A DNA stretch of 64,000 nt, taken from the NCBI GenBank assembly GCA_048384935.1, contig DBEWII010000100.1, positions 858 to 64,857 on the forward strand, read 5' to 3'. Under the pieces are notes generated by a model. It did not search any database. It was not told where the DNA came from and was given only the letters and a program-made list of their open reading frames with translations. The translations under genes and the position numbers were made by a program. Below are positions 1 through 9,639 of this stretch, piece by piece (within the stretch, counting starts at the first letter, position 1; every line of letters begins with the position of its first letter). This stretch comes from Collinsella aerofaciens (GTDB lineage Bacteria > Actinomycetota > Coriobacteriia > Coriobacteriales > Coriobacteriaceae).

Positions 1-53
1 GCGTACTTGCCGGCCTCGGCCTTCTTGAGCATGTCTGCTGCGTTGACGAGCAT
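1..53 (-). CDS. 5' end of a class II fructose-bisphosphate aldolase-like gene (partial, runs off the window)
   Basis: Reverse-strand ATG at 51-53, preceded by GGAGGT (rc of 61-66). Reads MLVNAADMLKKAEAGKYA, typical of class II FBA-family N-termini. Only 17 codons are visible. Confidence 0.45.
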   Translation of the reverse strand, partial: MLVNAADMLKKAEAGKY

Positions 54-247
54 AAAAGAAACCTCCTGTAAGGTTGCTCCGATAACGCCTGAGATTTTAC
101 CACGACATACCCGAGCATAAACGTTCGTTTGTTCACGAATACCATCCGATTGGACAAATTTTGACCGTTTGCCCCACAGAATCGACCCACTGGGGAAAAT
201 AGCTTGACGATTGAGCGGTCTTCGTGGTTCGAAAGACGGCTTCGAAC

Positions 248-937
248 CTACATCTGCATAAACGGATTCTGCATAAGTTCGCGCGCCATCGTGGTCGAAT
301 CGCCATGGCCCGTCAAGCAAACGGTATCGGGCGGAAGCGTCTTGGCAAGTTTGGAGAGCGAGCGCATAATCGCCGCCTCGTCACCGCCGGAAAGATCGGT
401 ACGACCGTGGCTGCCAGGGAAAAGCGTGTCGCCCACAAAGGCGATGTTCCCCTGCTCGGTCGCGGCGAACAGGACGATGCCGCCCGGCGTATGCCCCGGC
501 GTCTCGATCACCTGCAGGCAGATATCGCCCAATTCAATCGTATCGCCCTCGGCAAGCAGCCGCGTCGGCTCGCCCGGATCGGGCGTCTCAATACCCCACA
601 TGGCGCGCTGCTCCTCGATATTTGCGCGAGGTACCGTCACGTCCTTATCGCACAACTCATATAGTGCGCCGTCGCCAACAACAGCTCGAACCCCGGCGAC
701 CCCGCCAACATGGTCGGCATGACCGTGCGTGCAGACAGAGCCGAGTACGCGCACCTCGGGATGCGCGGTGCGGATATGCTCCACAAGACGCTCGCCCTCC
801 CACGCCGGATCGACGATTAAGCACTCGTCATTCGAAATCACGGCGTAACTGTTGGTCTGAATCGGGCCGTTGACGAGTGCCTCAATCGAAGCCGTGCCTC
901 GGGGTGTCAGGTCCAAAGTCATATCGCCCATGCGCAT
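248..937 (-). CDS. MBL-fold metallo-hydrolase (glyoxalase II-like)
   Basis: 229-aa ORF with the HxHxDH zinc motif (THGHADHVGG) and a downstream TPGHTPG. Lies downstream of relA on the same strand. Confidence 0.8.
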   Translation of the reverse strand: MRMGDMTLDLTPRGTASIEALVNGPIQTNSYAVISNDECLIVDPAWEGERLVEHIRTAHPEVRVLGSVCTHGHADHVGGVAGVRAVVGDGALYELCDKDVTVPRANIEEQRAMWGIETPDPGEPTRLLAEGDTIELGDICLQVIETPGHTPGGIVLFAATEQGNIAFVGDTLFPGSHGRTDLSGGDEAAIMRSLSKLAKTLPPDTVCLTGHGDSTTMARELMQNPFMQM

Positions 938-1019
938 ACCCTCCTTCTAAAATACGTTCGAGGCACCAAACGATGCCTCGAACGTAACCAATATCTATGA
1001 TGCCGAGAGGCTCTCGCAC

Positions 1020-3380
1020 CTACACACGGCGCTTGAGCTGAGCTCCGCCTTCGCCGGGCATAAGACGGCGAGCGTCGTAGACCGAATCGACACTGCTGAT
1101 GGAAGCAAGCAGCGGATCCAGACCACTCGCGTCCGAGATCTCGACCATAAAGCGCAGGGTTGCAATACCCTCGCGGTTGGTCGACGTGGCGGCAGAAAGG
1201 ATATTGCCGCCCGCATCGCCAATGGCAATGGTGACATCCTTGAGCAGGCCCATGCGGTCCAGGCACTCGACCACGATCTCGACCTGGAAGAGGGTGTCGG
1301 CAGCGCCGTCCCACTCCACATCGATCATGCGCTCGGGATGTTCCATAAGACCCTTGACGTTAGGGCAGTTGGCGCGATGCACCGAAACGCCACGACCGCG
1401 CGTGATGAAGCCGACGATGTCGTCGCCCGTCACGGGGTTGCAGCAATGAGCCAGACGGACCAGCAGGCCGCTGTTGCTCTCGCCCTTAACGATAATGCCG
1501 TTACTGGCGCTCTTGCCGCGTTTTTGCGGCTTGCGGTTGGAGCCGCGGGCAGGCTGCTTCACGACCTCGGCGATAGCCTCGGCCTTGGTGAGCTGTTCCT
1601 CAGGCTTGGGGTCCAAGATTTGCTCAACCTTATTGCCCACAGCGCGCGGGGCAACCTTGCCGGCGCCGACGGCGGCAAACAGGTCCTCGAGCTGCTTGAA
1701 GTTAAACTGCTCCGCCACGGCATTGAGCGCACGCGTCGAACGCGGCGTAGAAATGCCATAGCCACGCTTACGCAGGTCCTTGGCCAGCATATCGCGACCG
1801 GCGGCAGCGTCGTCGTCCTTGGTCGCAGCGGCAAAATAGCGGCGGATCTTTGACTTGGCGGAAGGTGTCTTAACGATCTTGAGCCAATCGCGCGACGGCT
1901 TGGAACTCTTGTTAGTCAGGATTTCAACGCGGTCGCCCGTCTTGATCTCGTGCGTGAGCGGAGCCACCGCACCGTTGATTTTGGCGCCGACGCAGTGGTT
2001 TCCCACCTCGGTGTGAACGGCATAGGCAAAGTCGAGCGGCGTGGAGCCGGCACGAAGCGCCATGACCTCGCCTTTGGGCGTGAAGACAAAGATCTCCTGA
2101 TCGAACAGATCGACCTTCAGCGAGTGCAGGTATTCCTTGGCGTCCGTAATCTCGTCAGACGCTGCCCAATCGAGCGAATGTTTGAGCCAGTTAATCTGGT
2201 CGTCCAAACGTTGAGCGTCATTGGTCTTGGAAGCAGACGATCCGCCCGACTTCTTATAGAGCCAGTGGGCGGCAATGCCGTACTCGGCCTGTTCATGCAT
2301 CTCATAGGTTCGAATCTGAATCTCGAGCGGGCGGGCCGTGGGGCCGATAACCGTCGTATGGAGCGACTGGTAGTTGTTGACCTTGGGCATGGCGATATAG
2401 TCTTTGAAGCGACCGGGCATGGGGTGCCACAGCGTATGCACCGCGCCGAGCGTGGAGTAGCAATCGCGCACCGAATGGGTAATAACGCGCAGCGCCACCA
2501 GGTCGTAGATCTCGGAGAACTCCTTGCCCTTGCGCTTCATCTTTTGGTAGATGGACCAATAGTGCTTGGAGCGGCCGTTGATCTGGAAGTCCTCCAGACC
2601 AATGCGGTTGAGCTCATCGGTAAGCGTCTTGATGGTCTCGGCAAGGTAGCGTTCGCGGACCTCGCGCGACTCAGCTACCATACGCGCGATGCGCTGGTAG
2701 GCATCGGGCTCCAGGTAGAAGAAGGACAGGTCCTCGAGCTCCCACTTAATAGAGCTCATGCCCAGGCGGTCGGCCAAGGGCGCGTACACGTCCATGGTCT
2801 CGCGAGCCTTAAACAGGCGACGATCCTCGCGCAGGGCTGCCAGCGTTCGCATGTTGTGCAGACGATCGGCAAGTTTAACGATGATGACGCGAATGTCCTT
2901 GGACATGGCGAGGAACATCTTGCGCAGCGTGAGCGCCTGCTTCTCGTCCATGCTGTCGACTTCGATGTTGGTGAGCTTGGTCACGCCATCGACGAGCTCG
3001 GCCACCGTATCGCCAAACAGGCCGGAAACATCGGCGAGCGAGGTCTCAGTATCCTCGACGGTATCGTGCAGCAGCGCGGCGCACACCACATCGCAGTCCA
3101 TCTTGAGATCGGCCAAAATGATAGCCACCTCGACAGGATGGTTGATGTACATCTCACCCGAGCGGCGCTTTTGGTTACAGTGCTTCTCGGCGGCAAAGCA
3201 GTAGGCTTGCTCCACCTTGGAGAAGTCGTCCTCATTCATATATTTGAGGCACAAGCGCTCCAGCTTGTCGTAGCTGTCCGCCATAATCTCGGGCGGCAGC
3301 TCATCGGCATGCTTATAGTGCTCCATCTCCGAAAAAGGCTGGAGGGTGGAATCATGGGCGGTACGGGCTGCGGCATCCAT
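1020..3380 (-). CDS. relA: bifunctional (p)ppGpp synthetase/hydrolase, RelA/SpoT family
   Basis: 786 aa. HD hydrolase motif LLHDTVEDT, synthetase block RFKDYIAMPKVNNYQSLHTTV, TGS block VFTPKGEVMALRAGSTPLDFAYAVHTEVG, and a C-terminal ACT-like region. Confidence 0.95.
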   Translation of the reverse strand: MDAAARTAHDSTLQPFSEMEHYKHADELPPEIMADSYDKLERLCLKYMNEDDFSKVEQAYCFAAEKHCNQKRRSGEMYINHPVEVAIILADLKMDCDVVCAALLHDTVEDTETSLADVSGLFGDTVAELVDGVTKLTNIEVDSMDEKQALTLRKMFLAMSKDIRVIIVKLADRLHNMRTLAALREDRRLFKARETMDVYAPLADRLGMSSIKWELEDLSFFYLEPDAYQRIARMVAESREVRERYLAETIKTLTDELNRIGLEDFQINGRSKHYWSIYQKMKRKGKEFSEIYDLVALRVITHSVRDCYSTLGAVHTLWHPMPGRFKDYIAMPKVNNYQSLHTTVIGPTARPLEIQIRTYEMHEQAEYGIAAHWLYKKSGGSSASKTNDAQRLDDQINWLKHSLDWAASDEITDAKEYLHSLKVDLFDQEIFVFTPKGEVMALRAGSTPLDFAYAVHTEVGNHCVGAKINGAVAPLTHEIKTGDRVEILTNKSSKPSRDWLKIVKTPSAKSKIRRYFAAATKDDDAAAGRDMLAKDLRKRGYGISTPRSTRALNAVAEQFNFKQLEDLFAAVGAGKVAPRAVGNKVEQILDPKPEEQLTKAEAIAEVVKQPARGSNRKPQKRGKSASNGIIVKGESNSGLLVRLAHCCNPVTGDDIVGFITRGRGVSVHRANCPNVKGLMEHPERMIDVEWDGAADTLFQVEIVVECLDRMGLLKDVTIAIGDAGGNILSAATSTNREGIATLRFMVEISDASGLDPLLASISSVDSVYDARRLMPGEGGAQLKRRV

Positions 3381-3395
3381 CGAGGTCCCCTTCCC

Positions 3396-6300
3396 CTAGG
3401 CCCGCGGTACGATCGGGCGGTTAACTTTGGCTAGCATATCAGAAGCGCACGAATCGAGCGCCCAGCTCCGGAAAGCCGAGAACTCCATGCGCGAGCGCAA
3501 GCCCTCCAAATAGCGAATTGACCTGCTCAATTGCACGCGGCCGGGGTTTTCGGCCATCGCGATGCGACGAGTGTCGTCAAACCCCGAAACTCGACAGAAA
3601 CCAAGCTCTTCGAAGATTCCCAGGCCGCTTTCCACCGAACGCTCGTCGACCGGCGTGCGAGCATCGATGGCAAGGCACATCTGCGCGATGTCGATATCGC
3701 TCGCGCTAAAGGAATCGTCCCCGGTTTTGCCGCGGTTGGAGCGCCACATGGTCTGCAGCGCGCGATAGAGCGTGACGAGCTCGTCGCGCTCGGGCGCATA
3801 GCAGTCGAGCAGGCGCTCGTTAATGCGGGCGTCGCGCGACGAATAGAGTAGATGGATCACGGCGGGCTGGCCATCGCGACCGGCGCGGCCGCTCATCTGG
3901 TTGAACTCGATGGCGCCAAACGGCATGTGGTAGAGCACGACATGGCGGATATCGGGCAGGTTGACACCCTCGCCAAAGGCGGAGGTCGAGACGATGCAGC
4001 TGAGGCTGCCGTCTCGAAACGCCTCCTCTACGCGATGGCGGTCGGTGCGCGTAAGGCCAGCGTTATAGAACGCGATACGGGTCGCACAGTCGGGAACGCG
4101 TTTGCGTAGTGTCTTGGCGAGCGCCACGGACTGGTCACGCGAATTGACGTAAATGACGGTCTTCTCCCCCGTCGCCACGATCGACACCAAACGGTTCTCG
4201 CGGCTCGCAAGGTCGCGGTCGTCCTCGAGCTGCAGGTTCTCGCGCACCGTCTCGTCGACCACCGTGCGAGTGATTGGCAACATGCGGGCAAGCTCGGCCA
4301 CGACCGGAGCCGTCGCGGTGGCCGTCGCAGCCATAACGACCGGGTCGCCCAGGGCTTTGAGGATATCGAGCATGTCAAGATAGGCGCTACGGTCGCCGCC
4401 CTTGGCAAGGCCGGCGTGGTGCGCCTCATCGATAACGACAAAGCCGATGCGGCCCGAACGCGCGAAACGGTCACGGTGGATAGACAGGAACTCGGGCGTC
4501 GTGAGCACGATACCGGTGCGGCCCGAAGCTAGGCCGGCGAACACGTCATCGCGTGCGGCCTCCACGGTCTCGCCGGTCAGCACGCCAACGCCAATGCCAA
4601 GCGCTGCCATCGTCGACGAGAGGTGATAGGCCTGGTCGGCAACGAGCGCACGCAGCGGATAGACAAAGATGCTCGCACGCCCGCGAAGGACCGCCTCGCG
4701 CGCGGCATGCACATGGAAGATGAGCGACTTGCCGCGCCCCGTTCCCATAACGGCCAGAACACTCTGGTGATCGGCCAGGGCATCGAGCGCCTCGACCTGC
4801 GCGCGGTGCGGCTGGTTCGAGCCGATAAAGCTATGGATAAGCGAGCGCGTCAGCTCGGTATAAGAAAGCTGGGCGAGCGTCTCGCGTTTACGCGACTCCA
4901 GGCGCAGGCCAGAATCCGCCGGTTGCACGCCGCGGCGAAGTTCACATGCCGGATCGTCGATATTGGACGCCGTGGTATCGCGCACCAAGACATCCTTGAT
5001 CATGAGCTTGGGCTTCACACGCCCCTGCCAATGCTCGGCAACGGCCTCGAACACCAAGTCGACAGCGCTATCGCAGTTGATGAGCTTATCGATTTGCGGC
5101 ACGCGGAACATAATGGCCGGCACGCTCGCGGCGCCATCGGTCGCCACAAAGCGCATGTGCTCGCCGGTTTTGCCCACCACGGCGCGATCGCACATCGTCA
5201 CGCCCTCGGCGGCCAGCAACGGCACCTTGTTGCCCTGGCCAAACGGCTCAAGACGGGAAATCTGCTCTATAGTCTCAATATTCAGCTCGGAAAGGTCGAC
5301 CGTGGCGGCAACCTCGTCGATGTCTTCAAAGTCCTCGGCGGGAATCTCCGATAGCACGACGGAAAGGCGACGACGGAATTCATCGAGCTTGGATGCCTCG
5401 ATGGTCACACCCACCGCACCGGCATGTCCGCCGCGACGAATCAGCAGGTCGGAACAGCGCTCGACGGCGTCAAACAGGTTAACTTTGCCCACCGAGCGAC
5501 CAGAGCCGCGCGCGATACCGTCCTCGATCGAGAACAGCAGCGCCGGCACGTGATAGCGGTTGGTCAGACGGCTTGCCACGATGCCCTTGACACCCTCGTG
5601 CCAGCCCTCGCCACCCACGACAATCGCGCGTCCGCCGTCATAGGTCTCCTCGACCTTTGCCATGGCATCGCGCGTGAGCTCCGCCTCGATCTCACGGCGC
5701 TGGTGGTTGATTTCCTCGAGCTCAGCCGCCAGCGCGCTTGCTTCGATGGGATTGCGGGCAAGCAGCAGGTCGAGCGCCAGCTTGGGATCGGCCATGCGAC
5801 CGGCAGCGTTTAAGCGGGGAATGAGCGAGAATGACAGGCCATCCGCCGTAATGCTCGAAAGGTCCGCCTTGGCGAGCGCGGCAAGTGCGATGTAGCCGGG
5901 ACGGGCCGTCACGCGCATCTGCTGGATGCCCTCGGCGACCAGTGCGCGGTTCTCGGGCGTGAGCGGCATCATGTCGGACACGGTGCCCAGCGCCGCGACC
6001 TCGATTAGCGAACGCCAATACGACGGCTTGCCCAGGCGCTCACCCAGGACTTGCACCAGCTTGAGCGCCACACCAACACCGGCAAGCTCGCGCGAGGGGC
6101 CCTCGTCCTCGAGCTTGGGGTCGGTCAGGGGCACACCCTGCGGCACCTGGTCGGAGGGCTCGTGATGGTCCGTGACCACCAAATCGATCCCCAGGCTCTC
6201 CAGATAGGAAACCTCTTCCTTGGCGGCAATGCCGTTATCGACGGTCACGATCAGCTGGGGGCGAGCGAGCTCGTTAACGCGGTCGAGCGCCGCGCGCGAA

Positions 6301-6683
6301 AGACCGTAGCCCTCGTCAAAGCGATGCGGAATAAACGGCGTGACATCGGCGCCAAACGTGCGCAGCGCCTCGGTCAACAGGCAAGTCGACGTAATACCGT
6401 CAACGTCAAAATCGCCAAAGACTGCAATGTGCTCGTGGTTGCGAATAGCACGCTCGACGCGGTCGGCAACGACTGACATGCCCGGGATAATGAGTGGGTC
6501 GGCCCAGTCGCGATCGAGCGAAGGCGTCAAAAACAATTGGCCCTCTTTGATGGAGCCAATGCCGTGCGCGACCATAATGCGCGCCACCAGCCCGGGAATG
6601 CCCAGACCAGCCGAAAGCTCCTTTTCGAGCTCGGGGTTTTGCTGAGCGACCGCCCAGCGATGCGTCGTCTTAAGCGATGACAT
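3396..6683 (-). CDS. recJ: RecJ-type ssDNA exonuclease fused in one frame to a RecQ-family helicase
   Basis: N-terminal half carries DHH/DHHA1 motifs (FGDFDVDGITST, VVTDHHEP, GGHAGAVG). C-terminal half carries SF2/RecQ motifs (MGTGRGKS, VVIDEAHH, FGEGVNLPDIRHVV, SGRAGRDG). I prefer the start at MSSLKT (ATG at 6681-6683 rc) over the ORF-track start at 6728. Confidence 0.85.
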   Translation of the reverse strand: MSSLKTTHRWAVAQQNPELEKELSAGLGIPGLVARIMVAHGIGSIKEGQLFLTPSLDRDWADPLIIPGMSVVADRVERAIRNHEHIAVFGDFDVDGITSTCLLTEALRTFGADVTPFIPHRFDEGYGLSRAALDRVNELARPQLIVTVDNGIAAKEEVSYLESLGIDLVVTDHHEPSDQVPQGVPLTDPKLEDEGPSRELAGVGVALKLVQVLGERLGKPSYWRSLIEVAALGTVSDMMPLTPENRALVAEGIQQMRVTARPGYIALAALAKADLSSITADGLSFSLIPRLNAAGRMADPKLALDLLLARNPIEASALAAELEEINHQRREIEAELTRDAMAKVEETYDGGRAIVVGGEGWHEGVKGIVASRLTNRYHVPALLFSIEDGIARGSGRSVGKVNLFDAVERCSDLLIRRGGHAGAVGVTIEASKLDEFRRRLSVVLSEIPAEDFEDIDEVAATVDLSELNIETIEQISRLEPFGQGNKVPLLAAEGVTMCDRAVVGKTGEHMRFVATDGAASVPAIMFRVPQIDKLINCDSAVDLVFEAVAEHWQGRVKPKLMIKDVLVRDTTASNIDDPACELRRGVQPADSGLRLESRKRETLAQLSYTELTRSLIHSFIGSNQPHRAQVEALDALADHQSVLAVMGTGRGKSLIFHVHAAREAVLRGRASIFVYPLRALVADQAYHLSSTMAALGIGVGVLTGETVEAARDDVFAGLASGRTGIVLTTPEFLSIHRDRFARSGRIGFVVIDEAHHAGLAKGGDRSAYLDMLDILKALGDPVVMAATATATAPVVAELARMLPITRTVVDETVRENLQLEDDRDLASRENRLVSIVATGEKTVIYVNSRDQSVALAKTLRKRVPDCATRIAFYNAGLTRTDRHRVEEAFRDGSLSCIVSTSAFGEGVNLPDIRHVVLYHMPFGAIEFNQMSGRAGRDGQPAVIHLLYSSRDARINERLLDCYAPERDELVTLYRALQTMWRSNRGKTGDDSFSASDIDIAQMCLAIDARTPVDERSVESGLGIFEELGFCRVSGFDDTRRIAMAENPGRVQLSRSIRYLEGLRSRMEFSAFRSWALDSCASDMLAKVNRPIVPRA

Positions 6684-6957
6684 AGGCACCCACCCCTGAT
6701 AGGGGCAGGTCGCCGCGATACCTCTCACGGTTCATAGCGATGAGTCCTCTGTGTATACCCGCTTCGGCAGGCAGATCTGTTGAACGGATTTATTATACCG
6801 TGCAGCGCGGACGCAAAACGCCGCGGTGCGCCGCGGTTTCGGCAAACGATGGCGGTAATGCCCTCGAAATAATCGAGCGTTTCAGCCGCACGGACGCATA
6901 CGAGCGTCTAGCATATCCATACAAACGAGTTCGCGGATAAAGGGAGTCACGGGACAT

Positions 6958-7956
6958 ATGAAGCAATGGGCTGGACTGGGAAAGTTCCTCGCGGGGCATA
7001 TGCAGATCATCGTTCCGATTTGCGTGGCGCTCGGCGTGCTCTTTCCCCAGCAGATCGGCGTGCTCAAGCCCATTGTTCCCGCCCTCTTCGCCTTTATGAC
7101 GTTTCAGGGTGCGCTCAGCAACACCTTTCACCAGGTAGCCGAGGTGTTCCACCGTCCGCTGCACCTGATTCTGGCGTTGCTGGTCTCGGCAGTGCTTATT
7201 CCCATCGCGGCGTATGCCATGGGGTCACTCTTCTTTGGCTCCAACCCCAACCTTGTCTGCGGCATCGTGCTCGAGTACAGCGTGCCCGTGGCCGTCACCG
7301 CTTTTATGTGGATCAGCATGTTCGGCGGCAACGGCCCGCTCGCGCTCACCATCATCCTGACGTCCTCGGTTATCTCCCCTGTGACGATTCCGCTCACGCT
7401 TAAGCTCCTGCTGGGTGCCACCGTCTCGATCGATGTGCCGAGCATGATGCAAGACATGGCCTTTATGATCGCCATCCCCGCCGTGCTCGGCATCGTGATC
7501 AACGAGCTCACGCGTGGATGGGGACACGAGAAGCTCTCCCCCGCGCTCTCGCCCGCCTGCAAATTCATGATGATGGGCGTTATCGCCTCCAACTCCACCG
7601 CCATGAGCGAGTACGTGCTGCACATGAACGCGGTGCGCCTGGAAGTCGCCCTCTTTATTTTGACCTTCGCCATCAGCGGCTTTGTCGTCGGTTTTCTGGT
7701 CGCCCGTGCGCTCCATCTGCCATATAGTGAGACGACTACCGTGTGCTTTACCTGCGGCATGCGTAACATCTCTTCGGGCGCCGTCATCGCCACGCAATAC
7801 TTTCCGGGCGAAGTTGTGTTTCCCGTCATGTGTGGAACGTTGTTTCAGCAGGTGCTCGCCTCGCTTATCGGGCATCTCTTTGAGCGTCTGACCGGCGAGG
7901 AGCGCGCCGCCCAGCGCAAGCGTGTCGAGGCCGGCCGCAACGCCATGGGACGCTAG
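6958..7956 (+). CDS. bile acid:sodium symporter (BASS/SBF) family permease
   Basis: 332-aa polytopic membrane protein. Overall pattern resembles BASS-family permeases. No catalytic motif is available to confirm. Confidence 0.65.
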   Translation: MKQWAGLGKFLAGHMQIIVPICVALGVLFPQQIGVLKPIVPALFAFMTFQGALSNTFHQVAEVFHRPLHLILALLVSAVLIPIAAYAMGSLFFGSNPNLVCGIVLEYSVPVAVTAFMWISMFGGNGPLALTIILTSSVISPVTIPLTLKLLLGATVSIDVPSMMQDMAFMIAIPAVLGIVINELTRGWGHEKLSPALSPACKFMMMGVIASNSTAMSEYVLHMNAVRLEVALFILTFAISGFVVGFLVARALHLPYSETTTVCFTCGMRNISSGAVIATQYFPGEVVFPVMCGTLFQQVLASLIGHLFERLTGEERAAQRKRVEAGRNAMGR

Positions 7957-7983
7957 ACTGCCCGCAGTGTGCGGGCGCTCACT

Positions 7984-8784
7984 TTACGATGTGAGCGCCT
8001 CCAGATGTGCGCGGAGTCGCTCTGCATCGACATCGAGCGTGGTCTCAGCATTGACCTGAGCCAGCCGATACCCGACAAAGTAGGGCGAAACCACCCAACG
8101 CGGCAGCGCCTTGGCAATGGTCCGACCGCCCAGGTGATAGAAGAACAGGTTGTACGACTCTGCGCGACCACCGTGGTGCTCGTTCAGGATATAGCGCAGA
8201 GCCACCTGGATCGCATCGGCGAAGAGATCCGCCTCGGCTTGGTCTCTCGTGTCATCGCTGGCAGCGATTCCCTGCGGGGCTGAAACGTTGACCTCAAAGA
8301 ACCCCATGATGGGTTCGGTTGAGATGTTGACCGAAATCCTCCCCTGTTGCCAGACATTGATGCCCTCGAAATTGGCAGAAGTCAGCGAAGTGTAGCCGTC
8401 TTCCTGCTCCAAACCCACAATCTGCATGTGCGGATGAACGAGACTACCGCCCGAGAGCGGACCCTTGTTCTTGTACATGAGCACGCTTCGATACTGCCGT
8501 GAATCGATCATCTGCTGCCAGCAACCCAGGGCAAACCGCATCACATGGTGGAGTTCATCCGGCTCATAGGTCACCAGGTCGGCATCGTGATCGGCCGACT
8601 CGATCAGCACGGTTTGACGGGTGGCGCGCAGGGTCTTGAACTTATTCTCGAGCCAAATGCAATCGCCATCACGGCGAATGATGTCGGTGAGCCCTTCTGC
8701 ATCGCAAAAGGGGCACGCGGTGCCGGGACGACGGTTGTCGTCGGGCTTACCGTTCGCCTGCTGAACGTCAAATACCAGCGCCAC
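7984..8784 (-). CDS. GalT-like HIT-superfamily nucleotidyltransferase (DUF4931-like)
   Basis: 266 aa with a CPFC zinc knuckle near the N-terminus and the HxHxQ active-site motif (HPHMQIVG) typical of the galactose-1-phosphate uridylyltransferase branch. Its start lies 3 nt after the cutC stop. Confidence 0.6.
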   Translation of the reverse strand: MALVFDVQQANGKPDDNRRPGTACPFCDAEGLTDIIRRDGDCIWLENKFKTLRATRQTVLIESADHDADLVTYEPDELHHVMRFALGCWQQMIDSRQYRSVLMYKNKGPLSGGSLVHPHMQIVGLEQEDGYTSLTSANFEGINVWQQGRISVNISTEPIMGFFEVNVSAPQGIAASDDTRDQAEADLFADAIQVALRYILNEHHGGRAESYNLFFYHLGGRTIAKALPRWVVSPYFVGYRLAQVNAETTLDVDAERLRAHLEALTS

Positions 8785-8787
8785 GGG

Positions 8788-9465
8788 TTATACCTCCAGC
8801 GGCACGATCTTGGTGCCATGGAGCTCGGAGACGCCCAGTGCCGCCGCCACGGTATCGCGGTTGGCCGTGGAAATGCCGCCGCCGGGAAGGATGGTCAAGC
8901 GGTCGCCCGCATACTCGATCAAGCGGGCCAGGTTTTCGAAGTTGTCCTCGATCGGCGTACCGGCAGCGCCACCATGCGTCAGGATGCGTGTGATGCCGCA
9001 GTCGGCGAGTGTGTCAATCGCGTCGAGCTGAGCCTCGGGCGAGAGCTGGTCAAACGCCATGTGGAAGGTGATGTCGATGGGCTCACGCTTGCATTCCTCG
9101 GTCGCGCAGCCCGCGGCCATCACGAGGGCGCCCAACGTAAGCTCGTCGAGCGCCCATCCGCCAGCGCAGGGCTTGCAGCAGCCAAAGACCAAGCCGTCAA
9201 CGCCGGCGCTTACGGCAAGGCCCAGGTCCATCTCCATCATGCGCAGCTCGTCTTGGTTGTAATGAAAGTCACCGCCACGCGGGCGAATCATGCACATCAC
9301 TCGCGCGTCATGCTCGTGAGCATAGCTGACTGTAGCGCTGATAACGCCGGCAGAAGGCGTGGTGCCACCAACGGCAAGGTTGTCGCACAGCTCGATGCGC
9401 TTTGCACCGGCATCGATAGCTGCCGGCACCCGCTCAAAGTTCTCGGCACAAAACTCATACAGCAT
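8788..9465 (-). CDS. cutC: CutC-family copper homeostasis protein
   Basis: MLYEFCAENFERVPAAIDAGAKRIELCDNLAVGGTTPS is a typical CutC N-terminus with a TIM-barrel-like remainder. I prefer the ATG at 9463-9465 rc (GGGGG upstream) over 9522. Confidence 0.85.
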   Translation of the reverse strand: MLYEFCAENFERVPAAIDAGAKRIELCDNLAVGGTTPSAGVISATVSYAHEHDARVMCMIRPRGGDFHYNQDELRMMEMDLGLAVSAGVDGLVFGCCKPCAGGWALDELTLGALVMAAGCATEECKREPIDITFHMAFDQLSPEAQLDAIDTLADCGITRILTHGGAAGTPIEDNFENLARLIEYAGDRLTILPGGGISTANRDTVAAALGVSELHGTKIVPLEV

Positions 9466-9525
9466 AGATAGACCCCCAAAGACAGCAGATGTTTTCCGAC
9501 GGGCATTGTCACACATCCCCATGAA

Positions 9526-9590
9526 GTTGCGGTGGAATAGGGACTCTTTTGGCCTCTGGAGCCCGTATTCAGTCCCTATTTCACCGCAAC
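9526..9590. repeat. long inverted repeat (20-bp arms, 25-nt spacer) upstream of cutC
   Basis: GTTGCGGTGGAATAGGGACT (9526-9545) pairs with AGTCCCTATTTCACCGCAAC (9571-9590) with one mismatch. It sits between the liv terminator and the cutC start. Confidence 0.7.
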
Positions 9591-9596
9591 TAAAAA

Positions 9597-9630
9597 GGGG
9601 CGCTGACTGAGATAGTCAGCGCCCCTTTTG
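9597..9630. terminator. bidirectional intrinsic terminator hairpin downstream of livF
   Basis: GGGGCGCTGACT / AGTCAGCGCCCC 12-bp stem with a 5-nt loop, flanked by AAAAA on one side and TTTTG on the other. Confidence 0.65.
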
Positions 9631-9639
9631 TTAGGTTGG

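Noticed and set aside
1950-3434. 494-aa plus-strand ORF antisense to relA. Similar long antisense ORFs occur at 16185-17405, 20512-21801, 22939-24612, 39900-41102 and 50573-51517.
   Set aside because: Same reasoning as for the liv antisense ORFs. These are low-complexity G/R/A/L/V-rich translations opposite genes with unambiguous family motifs (RelA, Hom, PurL, the BrxD-like ATPase, the helicase).
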